From positions 1 through 64,000 of the IMG/VR virus record IMGVR_UViG_3300027759_004177: a DNA stretch of 64,000 nt, one strand, 5' to 3'. Under the pieces are notes generated by a model. It did not search any database, was not told the DNA's origin, and worked only from the letters and a program-made list of their open reading frames with translations. Positions 1-9,213 of this stretch are shown here, piece after piece. A program made the position numbers and the translations under genes. Positions within the stretch are counted from its first letter, which is position 1, and each line of letters begins with the position of its first letter.

Positions 1-545
1 TTGTTGGCAGCAATGATACCAATATAAGCCACCCCAGATACAGGCTGGTGATGATGACTGCACATACTACGCAATTCACTTCTAACAACCAACATTCCTT
101 CATATCGATCCTCACTATCGTTGGGAAAAGCTGTGGCATCGGGTCTTGGTTCATATCTACCTGCCATGATTTCGTTGAAATACATCTTGGCCAATCTACG
201 TGCTGTGCCATGGCTGTTGGGATCTGTCGCACGATCAATCAACAGGGTGTCTAAAACTCGTTCAAAAGCTTCTGTAGCTTCATCGATTAGTCGTTCTTTG
301 TCGCCTTCGTGCAAGTAATCGCTGATGTTGTCACCGGCCCAGAAACGTTTCTTGTCACGCTTCATGTTGAATCGAATAGCATCGGCTAGATACTTGCCTT
401 CTTCGTAACCTTTATCGCTCATATGCATTACAGCATCTTCGTATCCGGGATGATACGGTGCTTCATTTACGTATTGTGTAGCTTTGATTGCATCAAATAG
501 TAGATCTTTATCTTTATTTTTATCTTTATTTTTATTTTTGGACAT
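1..545 (-). CDS. folE: GTP cyclohydrolase I (5' part; runs off the window edge)
   Basis: Manual translation (absent from ORF track): MSKNKNKDK...DPNSHGTARRLAKMYFNEIMAGRY...SMCSHHHQPVSGVAYIGI; CxHH zinc motif and TxxRxAKMY are FolE hallmarks; GGAG RBS upstream. Confidence 0.93.
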   Translation of the reverse strand, partial: MSKNKNKDKNKDKDLLFDAIKATQYVNEAPYHPGYEDAVMHMSDKGYEEGKYLADAIRFNMKRDKKRFWAGDNISDYLHEGDKERLIDEATEAFERVLDTLLIDRATDPNSHGTARRLAKMYFNEIMAGRYEPRPDATAFPNDSEDRYEGMLVVRSELRSMCSHHHQPVSGVAYIGIIAAN

Positions 546-582
546 GTATTCTCCGAGTTAGTGTCGTGGATGACTTTGTATT

Positions 583-611
583 ATTGTATGATATTTAGAT
601 TGCAAAGTCAA
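583..611 (-). promoter_or_regulatory. sigma70-like promoter with embedded TAAATA, upstream of folE
   Basis: Minus strand TTGACT-17 nt-TACAAT with TAAATA in the spacer. Confidence 0.65.
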
Positions 612-1176
612 TGGTTCTCAAGTCTGAATATTGGATATATTTAGGTTTTTCGTCCACTAATGGTAATTTTTGTGATCCCAGTTCGCATACTTCTAACGTG
701 GGACAATAGTGATATCCTTGTTCAAATACTTTTTGTTCGGTCCAGGGCAATATGGATAAATCTCTACCATCACTACGCATACGACTCAGTGTTTGGTAAT
801 CTTGTTTGTTGTCTAACAAGATAGCACCTGCTCTACCTAACTGTAAGGGTTTGCCGTTACCGAAACTTAAACATTGTTTATGGCCTGCACGGTACATTGC
901 TCGTTCAAGTCTGCGAGCACTATCCCAGATATTGGTATGCCCAAATTGATATTCGCCTTGCCACGCCTGGTCTTTTAATTCGTAATGTATACCCAATTGA
1001 CGAATCATTTGCGGAACACTAAGATAGGTATATGCTGTAAACTCTGTGTAAGTGACTCGGTCTAACCTAAAACACAATTCCATTGCGTGTGTGCAACTGT
1101 CGGTGACAACCACATAAGGGGCACCGGTATACTCTGCCAGTGCGTGTTCAAAGTCAAACAGTCTTTTAAAACTCAT
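595..1176 (-). CDS. DegT/DnrJ/EryC1/StrS-like PLP-dependent aminotransferase (short form)
   Basis: FEHALAEYTGAPYVVVTDSCTHA, DSAR, CLSFGNGKPL (PLP Lys), GRAGAIL. Confidence 0.75.
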   Translation of the reverse strand: MSFKRLFDFEHALAEYTGAPYVVVTDSCTHAMELCFRLDRVTYTEFTAYTYLSVPQMIRQLGIHYELKDQAWQGEYQFGHTNIWDSARRLERAMYRAGHKQCLSFGNGKPLQLGRAGAILLDNKQDYQTLSRMRSDGRDLSILPWTEQKVFEQGYHYCPTLEVCELGSQKLPLVDEKPKYIQYSDLRTIDFAI

Positions 1177-1248
1177 ATATTCAAATTGCCTTTAGTGGAA
1201 CACTATTATAATATAAATACCATATCAAATCAAATTTAATTTAATCAA

Positions 1249-2334
1249 ATGAAACGTGCTGTTATCTGTGTTGCCAATCCTTGGGAATATATACCGCTAT
1301 ACGATAAAAATTATAGCATTATGGTATTGAATCCTGCAGCGCCTGCTGATCGAAATCAATACTTGTTGAACAATTCAGACTGGAGCCTATTGGTCACGGC
1401 CGACAACATACAAGAAAGAGACGGTGCCGATTATCCTGGAGAAAAAGTTTACTGGTATACATCGGGCACCACCGGCGACAGTAAATTTTACAGTTTTACC
1501 GAACAACAAGTCGATTATGTGTGTCGTCAAATAATCAAATCCTACGATCTTACTGCCAATGATCGATATGTTGGTGTAATGAGTCTATGGCATGCACACG
1601 GACAAATGATGTATTGGATGAGCCGCATGACTGGCATGGAAACAACATTTTTGCCCATTGGACGATTACAAGAAGTTTCCAAACACAGTCCCACATTCAT
1701 CACCGGCATTCCAGACATATTAAAAGCCTTGATGAAGCAACAGTTTGATAGTTTACGATTTGTTCGTAGTGCCAGTTCTGCTTTGCCTCCACAACTGTAT
1801 TCTGCCATGAAAGAACGTTTTGCTGTACCTATCGTGGAAAGTTTTGGTATGACAGAATCGTGTAGTCACTGTCTGACTAATCCCTTGGAAGGTGAACAAC
1901 GCATAGGCACAGTGGGTTTACCGGATGGAGTAGAAGCACGTATTGAGCAAAATAAACTACTGATTAGAGGGCCGGCTGTGGCCGATTCGGATTGGCTCGA
2001 CACCGGCGATTTGGCCGAGCAAGATGAAGCAGGGTACTTTCGAATTCTAGGACGTAGTGTGGATCGTATCAATGTGCGTGGTTACAAATTGGATCCCTTG
2101 AGCCTGGAAAACAAACTATATGCGGCCTTTCCTGACCTTAAAGATCTAGCAATATTTGGTACCGACTCTGTAAAATGCATATACAATGGACCGTACGATA
2201 AAACGCAAATCAAGGCAGTATTGGTATCTATGGGACAATCGTGTTATCCAACCATACTTGAAGAAGTTGATTCAGTACCTAAAAATGCCGCGGGCAAGGT
2301 GTCAAGGACCATGCTCAATGACCTATTCGCTTAG
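1249..2334 (+). CDS. ANL-superfamily adenylate-forming enzyme (acyl-CoA synthetase-like, compact)
   Basis: YTSGTTGDSK, FGMTE, TGD, GRxxDxINVRG, PKNAAGKV core motifs. Confidence 0.85.
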   Translation: MKRAVICVANPWEYIPLYDKNYSIMVLNPAAPADRNQYLLNNSDWSLLVTADNIQERDGADYPGEKVYWYTSGTTGDSKFYSFTEQQVDYVCRQIIKSYDLTANDRYVGVMSLWHAHGQMMYWMSRMTGMETTFLPIGRLQEVSKHSPTFITGIPDILKALMKQQFDSLRFVRSASSALPPQLYSAMKERFAVPIVESFGMTESCSHCLTNPLEGEQRIGTVGLPDGVEARIEQNKLLIRGPAVADSDWLDTGDLAEQDEAGYFRILGRSVDRINVRGYKLDPLSLENKLYAAFPDLKDLAIFGTDSVKCIYNGPYDKTQIKAVLVSMGQSCYPTILEEVDSVPKNAAGKVSRTMLNDLFA

Positions 2335-2685
2335 GTGATCTTTTTTAATCTCACGTACTGCACACTCTAGTCGTTCAGCAATAGCGTTTTTAATGGCAAT
2401 ACGTTTGTTGTTGTGATCTCTAATGGCAATGGCACGTCGACCAATTTCTTCTAGCCCTAGTTCTTGTTCACGCCCAGTTTTAAGCAAGGACTCTAGTTCC
2501 CATATCTCGTTGTGTATGCCCACAAGATTCATATATAAATCTTCAATTTTTTCTATGTCGTGTGCTATCGCTTGATTCATGTACCAAGTGAGTTCTTCAG
2601 CATTGGCTCCTCCGGTGCGTTTAAACTTAACGTCGGCGATGGCCAGGCGATCAAATAATTCAATAACAGGAAATGTAGGAGTCAT
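2323..2685 (-). CDS. hypothetical helical protein
   Basis: 120 aa ORF, ATGA-coupled to upstream radical SAM gene. Confidence 0.7.
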   Translation of the reverse strand: MTPTFPVIELFDRLAIADVKFKRTGGANAEELTWYMNQAIAHDIEKIEDLYMNLVGIHNEIWELESLLKTGREQELGLEEIGRRAIAIRDHNNKRIAIKNAIAERLECAVREIKKDHLSE

Positions 2686-3710
2686 AGGTATAAGGTCTCT
2701 ATTTTTTTGGGGTTATCTAAAATGTTTTGTATCTGTATATTGCTTATGTTAGGACGACATGGAGCACAAAACTCCACACGAGTTCGATTGTATATTTCGT
2801 AATGACGAGCATTCAACCAACTATCACGGAAGTCTCCTGAGTCCCAATTGGCCAATTCAAACTGTGGATTACCCTTGCCTTCACAACAGATGTATATTTT
2901 ACCATCGGCACAGAATACAGGAAAGTGGAACATCTGGTGACACTTCTTGTAGTTACGTGGCAGAGTTTTGTTTTGATTGGCCCAGTATGGTAACCTGTAC
3001 AACTGACTGTACTTTTCTAGTCTAGCAATGGTCTCTGGGGTAATTGGGTATGCTTGATTGTCAATGATAACAGGACGGAAGTAAATCATACGACCACCCA
3101 ACTTGGCTACCAAGCGAAACAGATCATTCATTGCTTCTTCGGTGTCGTTCAATGGGTTTATCAATGCTTTAAAGTCAACATTGACCCCGGCTTGGATCAG
3201 GCCACGAGCATTGTCACATACCTTGGTAAACAAACTACGAGCAGTTAGGCTACGACGTATTTCTTCATACAAACTTTCTGTGCCGGCATCAATGTCAATA
3301 CCAATCCAGGCCATCTTGCGTAGTTTATCCACGTGAACAGTATCCAGCAGGGTGTCCAGGTTACTGCCGTTTGTGGTCAAACTGGTCAGGAATCCAAGGT
3401 CCAGGGTATGTTCAATGACCTTCTCGTAACTGACCAATACAGTGGGTTCTCCACCGCCGGGATAGGTAATAGTATGAGTTGTGCCGTAACTGCGGGGAGT
3501 GTGTGCTCGCCATCCTGCTAACTTGTCTAGTAATGCAATGTATTCTGTGTATTTCTTTTGTACAGGCTTTTCTGCACGGAAGTCGGCAGAATTGCAGTAG
3601 TAACAGTCTTGATTACACACATTGGTCAGATCTATGTCTACCTGAGCAGGCAAGATCTTCATGGTGTCTTGATTTCTCATCCAATGGACAAGTTCTGCGT
3701 ATTGATACAT
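2682..3710 (-). CDS. radical SAM protein with C-terminal SPASM/twitch-like Cys region
   Basis: CNQDCYYC, GGGEP, TTNG; C-terminal CHQ..ADGKIYICC..CAPC. Confidence 0.88.
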   Translation of the reverse strand: MYQYAELVHWMRNQDTMKILPAQVDIDLTNVCNQDCYYCNSADFRAEKPVQKKYTEYIALLDKLAGWRAHTPRSYGTTHTITYPGGGEPTVLVSYEKVIEHTLDLGFLTSLTTNGSNLDTLLDTVHVDKLRKMAWIGIDIDAGTESLYEEIRRSLTARSLFTKVCDNARGLIQAGVNVDFKALINPLNDTEEAMNDLFRLVAKLGGRMIYFRPVIIDNQAYPITPETIARLEKYSQLYRLPYWANQNKTLPRNYKKCHQMFHFPVFCADGKIYICCEGKGNPQFELANWDSGDFRDSWLNARHYEIYNRTRVEFCAPCRPNISNIQIQNILDNPKKIETLYL

Positions 3711-3736
3711 TATGGGCCCGGGGAATTAGATCCAAG

Positions 3737-4732
3737 TTACGGATAGGTAAGCGATCGTAGATACCACTTATAAGCTGAGTCTATAATAGTACTTATGTCG
3801 CTGTATTCGGCAGTCCAATTTAACCATTCGTGTGCTCGGTCTACCTGTGCCACCAACTCTGCTGGATCTCCTAGTCTAGGAGCAGATACAACAGTACGGA
3901 AATCGGTGTCGTAGTGTTGTTTGACATAGTTGACAATTTCTTGATTGCTGATACCACCACCTGTGCCAAGATTGATCTGCTGTGCACCAACCCATCCATG
4001 AGCTTCGCCGGCGCGATCAGCGGCCATCACATGTGCCTGTGCTAGATCCCATACGTGTATGTAGTCTCTGACGCAAGTACCATCACGTGTTTTATAATCT
4101 GTGCCGTTTAATCCAAATTCTTCTTTACGCAACATAGATTCTAACACTCGTGCCACAATATGTGTGGCATTGGGCTCTTGGCCAAGGTCGTAGTTGAAAG
4201 GTTCAGCACCAGCCGCATTGAAAAATCTAAAACATACGCTTGGGATAGCATGAGCCAAGTAATAGTCTTTTAATATGCGTTCACAAGTGGCTTTGGTATT
4301 GCCATACGGACTGATTGGATCGACACGATGACCTTCAGGAATAGGCAAACGTTCAGGCTCGCCGTACACACTGGCACTTGAACTAAACAAGATCAACGGA
4401 CGTTTGGGCAAAGTTTTTACCACGTCCAAGAACTTTACAAATTTTACCACATTGTTGTCCCAGTACTCGCCGGGATTTGTCATGCTAGGGCCAACAAGAC
4501 TGGTACCAGCACAATGTACAACAACGTCAGGGTTGGCATGTATTAACACACTCAACGCACCATCGCTGACAAAGTCTCCGATAAAATACCCGTCAATGTC
4601 TCGGAGTGTGTGTTCACGTCGGACTTGATCCACTATAGTAACGTGGTAGCCGTGTTGTTTGAATGCCCGTGCCACGTGACTACCAATGTAGCCACACCCA
4701 CCGGTTACAACAACTCGTTTCGTGCTAGTCAT
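3737..4732 (-). CDS. galE: UDP-glucose 4-epimerase (extended SDR)
   Basis: TGGCGYIGSH, FSSSASVYG, YGNTK, RFFNAAGA, DGTCVRDYIHVWDLA. Confidence 0.9.
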   Translation of the reverse strand: MTSTKRVVVTGGCGYIGSHVARAFKQHGYHVTIVDQVRREHTLRDIDGYFIGDFVSDGALSVLIHANPDVVVHCAGTSLVGPSMTNPGEYWDNNVVKFVKFLDVVKTLPKRPLILFSSSASVYGEPERLPIPEGHRVDPISPYGNTKATCERILKDYYLAHAIPSVCFRFFNAAGAEPFNYDLGQEPNATHIVARVLESMLRKEEFGLNGTDYKTRDGTCVRDYIHVWDLAQAHVMAADRAGEAHGWVGAQQINLGTGGGISNQEIVNYVKQHYDTDFRTVVSAPRLGDPAELVAQVDRAHEWLNWTAEYSDISTIIDSAYKWYLRSLTYP

Positions 4733-4905
4733 TCAGCCCGTCCGGTAGTACAACTATCACTCCAAAGTTCTTGTGCTTGTTGGCGGTATTGATCCAGTTC
4801 ATATTCGTCTAGTTTAACACGATATGCTTCTTCTGTCAAGGCATGCCAGCCACAACATTTACCTGTTGGGCTACGTCCACACCCGCATTTGGCTTGTTCG
4901 GTCAT
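4729..4905 (-). CDS. small CDGSH-like iron-sulfur protein
   Basis: Manual translation MTEQAKCGCGRSPTGKCCGWHALTEEAY... (58 aa); resembles CxCxxSxxxxCDGSH; ATGA overlaps at both ends. Confidence 0.6.
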   Translation of the reverse strand: MTEQAKCGCGRSPTGKCCGWHALTEEAYRVKLDEYELDQYRQQAQELWSDSCTTGRAE

Positions 4906-5105
4906 TCTGGAATCCTAACTTTTAATCCACGCCATTGGTCGATTTGTATCTCGCCCCACCCTTTTTCTTTAGTCCAGTCTGCACGATGCGTCCAGGGCCA
5001 TGCTGTACTCATCACTTCATATTCGCCTTCGTGTACAGGATCTAAATCAAATGGAAACCATTCGGTTTTTAGACTTTCAATGTCATCAGTGGTAAAGGTT
5101 GTCAT
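4902..5105 (-). CDS. hypothetical protein
   Basis: 67 aa ORF, translationally coupled. Confidence 0.65.
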   Translation of the reverse strand: MTTFTTDDIESLKTEWFPFDLDPVHEGEYEVMSTAWPWTHRADWTKEKGWGEIQIDQWRGLKVRIPE

Positions 5106-5245
5106 TCTTTTCTTGCCTTGTGTTTAGCTAAAGCATCTGCACTACGCTGTTGGAAATCTACCATTGAGTGATACCCCATTTGATAGCAAGGACAATGGTT
5201 GCCTAAAATCTTACGGGCCAACCAGATTCTAAATTTTTTGGTCAT
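5102..5245 (-). CDS. hypothetical protein (47 aa)
   Basis: Manual translation MTKKFRIWLARKILGNHCPCYQMG...; GGAG RBS, stop overlaps next ATG. Confidence 0.55.
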   Translation of the reverse strand: MTKKFRIWLARKILGNHCPCYQMGYHSMVDFQQRSADALAKHKARKE

Positions 5246-5405
5246 GGATAAGATCTCCTGTTACGGCATTGACCTTCATACCGGATTCGTTAATATAATA
5301 AGGTTGGCACATTTTAGTGCCATCCCATCGTTGTCCGCACCAGCACTCACCTTCTGCATTAATGATGCAATTGCCTGAACCGCAACAGCGTGGATCAGTC
5401 ATCAT
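5229..5405 (-). CDS. small Cys-rich hypothetical protein
   Basis: RCCGSGNCII...CWCGQRWDG..MC. Confidence 0.5.
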   Translation of the reverse strand: MMTDPRCCGSGNCIINAEGECWCGQRWDGTKMCQPYYINESGMKVNAVTGDLIHDQKI

Positions 5406-6072
5406 TACGCCCTCCAAACAACTGCAACAGGCTGATAAAAATATTGATAAAGTTTAGGTATAGGCTAAGTGCTCCTAACACTTCTTCGCGACCAGTATCA
5501 CTATCATGTGACACTATTTGGCGAATATTTTGTGTGTCGTATGCAGTTAGTCCCAAAAACACAACAATAGCAATAGCACTGATGACCATTTGCAACACTG
5601 AGCTGCCAACAAAGATATTGACAATGCTGGCAATCACAATGGCAATCAAGCCCACAAACATGAATGATCCTACACTGGTCAAATCTTTTTTGGTAAAGTA
5701 ACCATAAATGCTCATGGTGCCAAACAGCACAGCGCCACCCATAAAGGCTGTAAAGATACTGCCCATGGAATAGATCACAAAGATTGTGGCAAAGCTCAGG
5801 CCCATAAGAGCACTGAACGCATACAAGAATAATTGTAGTCCAGTCTTGCTAAATCTTTCAGACGCAAATGTCATTGCTAGAATACACACCAACGGAGCAA
5901 AGATTACGATCCATTTTGTTAGTCCTGTAAAAAAGACTCGCACTAGCTCTGGACTGGATCCTACAAAATAGCTCACAAACATACTGATAACCACAGCAAG
6001 ACTCATGTGACCATACACACGACCCATTGCTTCATTAATTCCTGCGGCACTACGGTATACTGCTGTATTCAT
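5395..6072 (-). CDS. Bax inhibitor-1/YccA family membrane protein
   Basis: Seven hydrophobic segments; AYDTQ and GALSLYLNFINIF motifs. Confidence 0.9.
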   Translation of the reverse strand: MNTAVYRSAAGINEAMGRVYGHMSLAVVISMFVSYFVGSSPELVRVFFTGLTKWIVIFAPLVCILAMTFASERFSKTGLQLFLYAFSALMGLSFATIFVIYSMGSIFTAFMGGAVLFGTMSIYGYFTKKDLTSVGSFMFVGLIAIVIASIVNIFVGSSVLQMVISAIAIVVFLGLTAYDTQNIRQIVSHDSDTGREEVLGALSLYLNFINIFISLLQLFGGRNDD

Positions 6073-6087
6073 ACGTTTCTCCTTAAA

Positions 6088-7296
6088 TTAAAATGGCCAT
6101 TTGGCTTTTGTTGCAACGTCCTCGGGCACAGATGCTACAATACGATCCATTGCAATTGCCGGATCCCATTCCCGGCAGAACTTTGCACGATTGGCACGGC
6201 CTTCCTTGGTGTCGGGATCATAATCAATCCAACTAAAGTCTGTGCCATTGCAGTCGGGGCAATGATCGTTGTATTCTTCATCTTCTACACGGTCTTCACT
6301 CTTACCTATCCATCCACACTCTTTGTTATCGCAAATGACATTGGGTGGCTCGGGTGGTTGATTGACCCATGAGCTTGTGTCCCAGTTGTAACCTGACCAT
6401 GACACAACGCCATCCTGTCTAACTGGATTAAATTTTCCGTATTCCCAGTCACCAAACTCCTTGCCATCCCAATACAGGCTACCATAGGTGCTGCCTCCAC
6501 CATAGTTGCAACTATAGTATCCTGGAATTGTGGGTTTTTGTTTCTTGAACTTGAATGTCTCTGAACGTTCCCACTCACTTGGACTGGTTCCGAATTCGGG
6601 ATGACCCCAATCTTTTTCTTCGGGTTCATAGCGTTCCCAGTTGCCTTCATCGTCGGTGATCCGTGCCATGGTAAAGTCTGAACTCTTACCATCGGTGCTG
6701 CCACCAAAGTTATCAATGTCTTCACCGTTATATGTTAGACCAGTAACAATATCTTCGCCATCGAACTCTTCGTAGTGCAGTTCCAGTTTGGTGATATCAA
6801 ACGGTTCAGTAAGTTCGATCTCGCCTTCAAAGAAGGTGCCTTTTTCATTGCTAGTTCCAACAAATACGATCTCGCCCTTCTTGCGGCTTCCAATCCAAAC
6901 TTCGTCGTCGCAACACCACTCTGGGCTGTCTTCGGATGCACCATCACAGTCATCAAATGACTTTTGAAACACAGTTTCGCCCGTTTCATCTTCAATCTGA
7001 ATTGTACCAGCATCGCGACTTACACCATTGGTGTGTCCCATATCATCGCACTCGTACCAGGATCCTGGTGGGAATGGCAACAGGTCTTCGTCTAGATCCA
7101 TGTCTTCACAGGCATCATAGTTCCAGGCGATGTCACTGAGATCAACTTGCTTATTGTTACAATAATCCCAGACTTCCTGGGTGGTTGTGCCCATAACACG
7201 TTCGCCACCGTAGCCCCACATGCTAACCTTATAGGTGCGTGGTGTAAACTTAAGAACAGCTACTAGTTCTTCTGCTGTAATATCTTTGGTTGTCAT
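6088..7296 (-). CDS. acidic hypothetical protein with C-terminal zinc-ribbon-like motif
   Basis: Long Asp/Glu-rich ORF; CDNKEC...CPDC. Confidence 0.7.
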   Translation of the reverse strand: MTTKDITAEELVAVLKFTPRTYKVSMWGYGGERVMGTTTQEVWDYCNNKQVDLSDIAWNYDACEDMDLDEDLLPFPPGSWYECDDMGHTNGVSRDAGTIQIEDETGETVFQKSFDDCDGASEDSPEWCCDDEVWIGSRKKGEIVFVGTSNEKGTFFEGEIELTEPFDITKLELHYEEFDGEDIVTGLTYNGEDIDNFGGSTDGKSSDFTMARITDDEGNWERYEPEEKDWGHPEFGTSPSEWERSETFKFKKQKPTIPGYYSCNYGGGSTYGSLYWDGKEFGDWEYGKFNPVRQDGVVSWSGYNWDTSSWVNQPPEPPNVICDNKECGWIGKSEDRVEDEEYNDHCPDCNGTDFSWIDYDPDTKEGRANRAKFCREWDPAIAMDRIVASVPEDVATKAKWPF

Positions 7297-7297
7297 T

Positions 7298-8476
7298 TTA
7301 GTATTTGCTTTCATGAGTGTGTTTACGATAATCAGTGCTCATACGGCGCCACTGCTCTCCTTTACCTTCTAAAATATCTACAATGCGATCAATACAACCG
7401 TCGGTCCAATCACTAATACGTCCTTGGTTAGGATGGGGATCAGCCAACAAATTGACCAGTTTGGTTTCGGCATCATCTAACGACCAAGGAATGTAAAGTC
7501 GTTCAGGATCGTTAGCAAAAGTTTCAGGGAAACTACGATAAGCAGGATAAAGCACGTTGGCTCCCAGAGTGTCTGCTTCTGAAACGGTGTTTGATACCCA
7601 GTCTTGCAGAGCACAATTAAACAACACACGAGTATCGTTAAGTAGATGATAGTAATCATTTTTTTCCAAATCCTCATATACTGTTAGCCAACCGCGAGCC
7701 TGTAGGTCTCTAGTACGAGCCATGTAGCTGTCATTGTTTGACTTTAGTTTAGCACCACTGAAAATAGCAAACTCCACTGGAAAGTTGTTGTGATTACGAT
7801 GCCATTGTTCAATTAAATCCATAAAGAAGTCTGGTTGCTTTTCCTGATCCCAACGTGCTGCAAATCCCACGCGATATGCACGATCCTGGAATGGTTTTAG
7901 TTCGCCCTCGATGCGACCACGCACTTCCGATTTGCCAAATGCCAAGCCCGAAATGTTATAGATGTTGCCTTCCCAACCGGCCACCTTCATGTGCATGACC
8001 ATTTCTTCATTTGATGCTAGAATAATGTCCGCAAAACTATCCACCATTTTTTCATAAAGCCCCATCCACTTCTGCATACCCCACACATGAACGAAATCAT
8101 CAGGGTCAATACTTTGTGCAAGGCAACGAACGGCAATGCGAGGACGATGAGCAGGATCGATTTGATCCATAATATAAGGTAAGCTCTCGATACCGGGTTG
8201 AAACATGTCTTCAAAATAGATAACATCTTCATTTGTAACTTCTCCCTGTTTCATCTTGCGTACAAGATTCATTAGTTGGCTCATACCAAAGTAAGTACGG
8301 CCATGTGCATCTAGCACTTGTCCTGTGACAATGGCTTGATCATTGCTGAGTGTTTCACCTGTAACAAGTTCGTACGTGATGCCACGACGTTTAAACACAG
8401 ATTCATTCCAGTCTTGTAACTGTAATGTGTATCTTGCTTTGTAGGGCTCTAGGCCCATGTACCATAGTTTACGCAT
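7298..8476 (-). CDS. GT-B fold glycosyltransferase
   Basis: FAARWDQEKQP, DWVSNTVSEA, LYPAYRSFPE resemble the GT4-like C-terminal domain; start MRKLWYMG follows RBS. Confidence 0.7.
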   Translation of the reverse strand: MRKLWYMGLEPYKARYTLQLQDWNESVFKRRGITYELVTGETLSNDQAIVTGQVLDAHGRTYFGMSQLMNLVRKMKQGEVTNEDVIYFEDMFQPGIESLPYIMDQIDPAHRPRIAVRCLAQSIDPDDFVHVWGMQKWMGLYEKMVDSFADIILASNEEMVMHMKVAGWEGNIYNISGLAFGKSEVRGRIEGELKPFQDRAYRVGFAARWDQEKQPDFFMDLIEQWHRNHNNFPVEFAIFSGAKLKSNNDSYMARTRDLQARGWLTVYEDLEKNDYYHLLNDTRVLFNCALQDWVSNTVSEADTLGANVLYPAYRSFPETFANDPERLYIPWSLDDAETKLVNLLADPHPNQGRISDWTDGCIDRIVDILEGKGEQWRRMSTDYRKHTHESKY

Positions 8477-8490
8477 CTTATAAAGCCTCA

Positions 8491-8751
8491 TTAGTCTCTG
8501 GGTTTCCAATTCGTATCACGTGGTTTAAACGTGGTACGATCACGCTTGGGAGTACGCCACTGGTCCCATGGTTCACGCCCACGTACCATTTTCATGTATT
8601 CACCGTAGGGTGTGCGTTCGTTGTAAAGATTTTTCTCATCAAACGGATAACCATAGTCTCGACAAAAACGCTCATAGCGTTCTAGGTCTTCAAAGATAGC
8701 GACCACTTCGGGTTTGAAACGAAGATACTTCTTTAGCCATTCTTGGGCCAT
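8491..8751 (-). CDS. hypothetical protein
   Basis: 86 aa ORF with AGGAG RBS. Confidence 0.7.
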   Translation of the reverse strand: MAQEWLKKYLRFKPEVVAIFEDLERYERFCRDYGYPFDEKNLYNERTPYGEYMKMVRGREPWDQWRTPKRDRTTFKPRDTNWKPRD

Positions 8752-8762
8752 GTTACTACTCC

Positions 8763-9212
8763 TTAAATTACAATTGATTGGGAAGGGCGAGTGAGGTTAT
8801 AATGAATCAAGCAACCGTTCTCGCCATCTTCGGCCACTTGAATTGAAATATTACGATTGGGATATCGATCTGCAATCTGTATGTAAAGATCGTCAGCGAT
8901 CATTTCACACGATTTGAAATCCAGTTCTAAAACGGTATTCTGACCGTTATACAGCGACTCGAGCCATCGTTTGAACTGGATGAACTCGATGTCCCGGTCA
9001 TTGTGGAACACATCGATTGACACCCGGAAATGAAATATATGGCGATGAGGATTAGCAAGGAACGCGACATCATACTCTCCTGCTGTATTTAGCCGGGGAT
9101 CAGTGGCCGCCGCTGGGTAGCAATGGATACCTTCTTTGCGGAAGGTGACCCAGATTCTGCGCCGGGCAGCTGTTTTAACTCTTTCAATTACTGCTCTTTG
9201 TTCTTGATTCAT
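8763..9212 (-). CDS. QueD-like T-fold protein, DpdL-type (candidate 7-carboxy-7-deazaguanine decarboxylase)
   Basis: LANPHRHIF matches the LxxxHRHxF signature I recall for DpdL; IEFIQFK, SCEMIA and EDGENG echo the QueD fold; near DpdA-like gene and folE. Confidence 0.7.
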   Translation of the reverse strand: MNQEQRAVIERVKTAARRRIWVTFRKEGIHCYPAAATDPRLNTAGEYDVAFLANPHRHIFHFRVSIDVFHNDRDIEFIQFKRWLESLYNGQNTVLELDFKSCEMIADDLYIQIADRYPNRNISIQVAEDGENGCLIHYNLTRPSQSIVI

Positions 9213-9213
9213 T

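Noticed and set aside
48-318. Plus-strand ORFs at the window start and most other short antisense ORFs in the track
   Set aside because: Shadows of well-supported minus-strand genes such as folE
8763-9212. Canonical QueD
   Set aside because: Lacks CxxxHGH; has HRH instead
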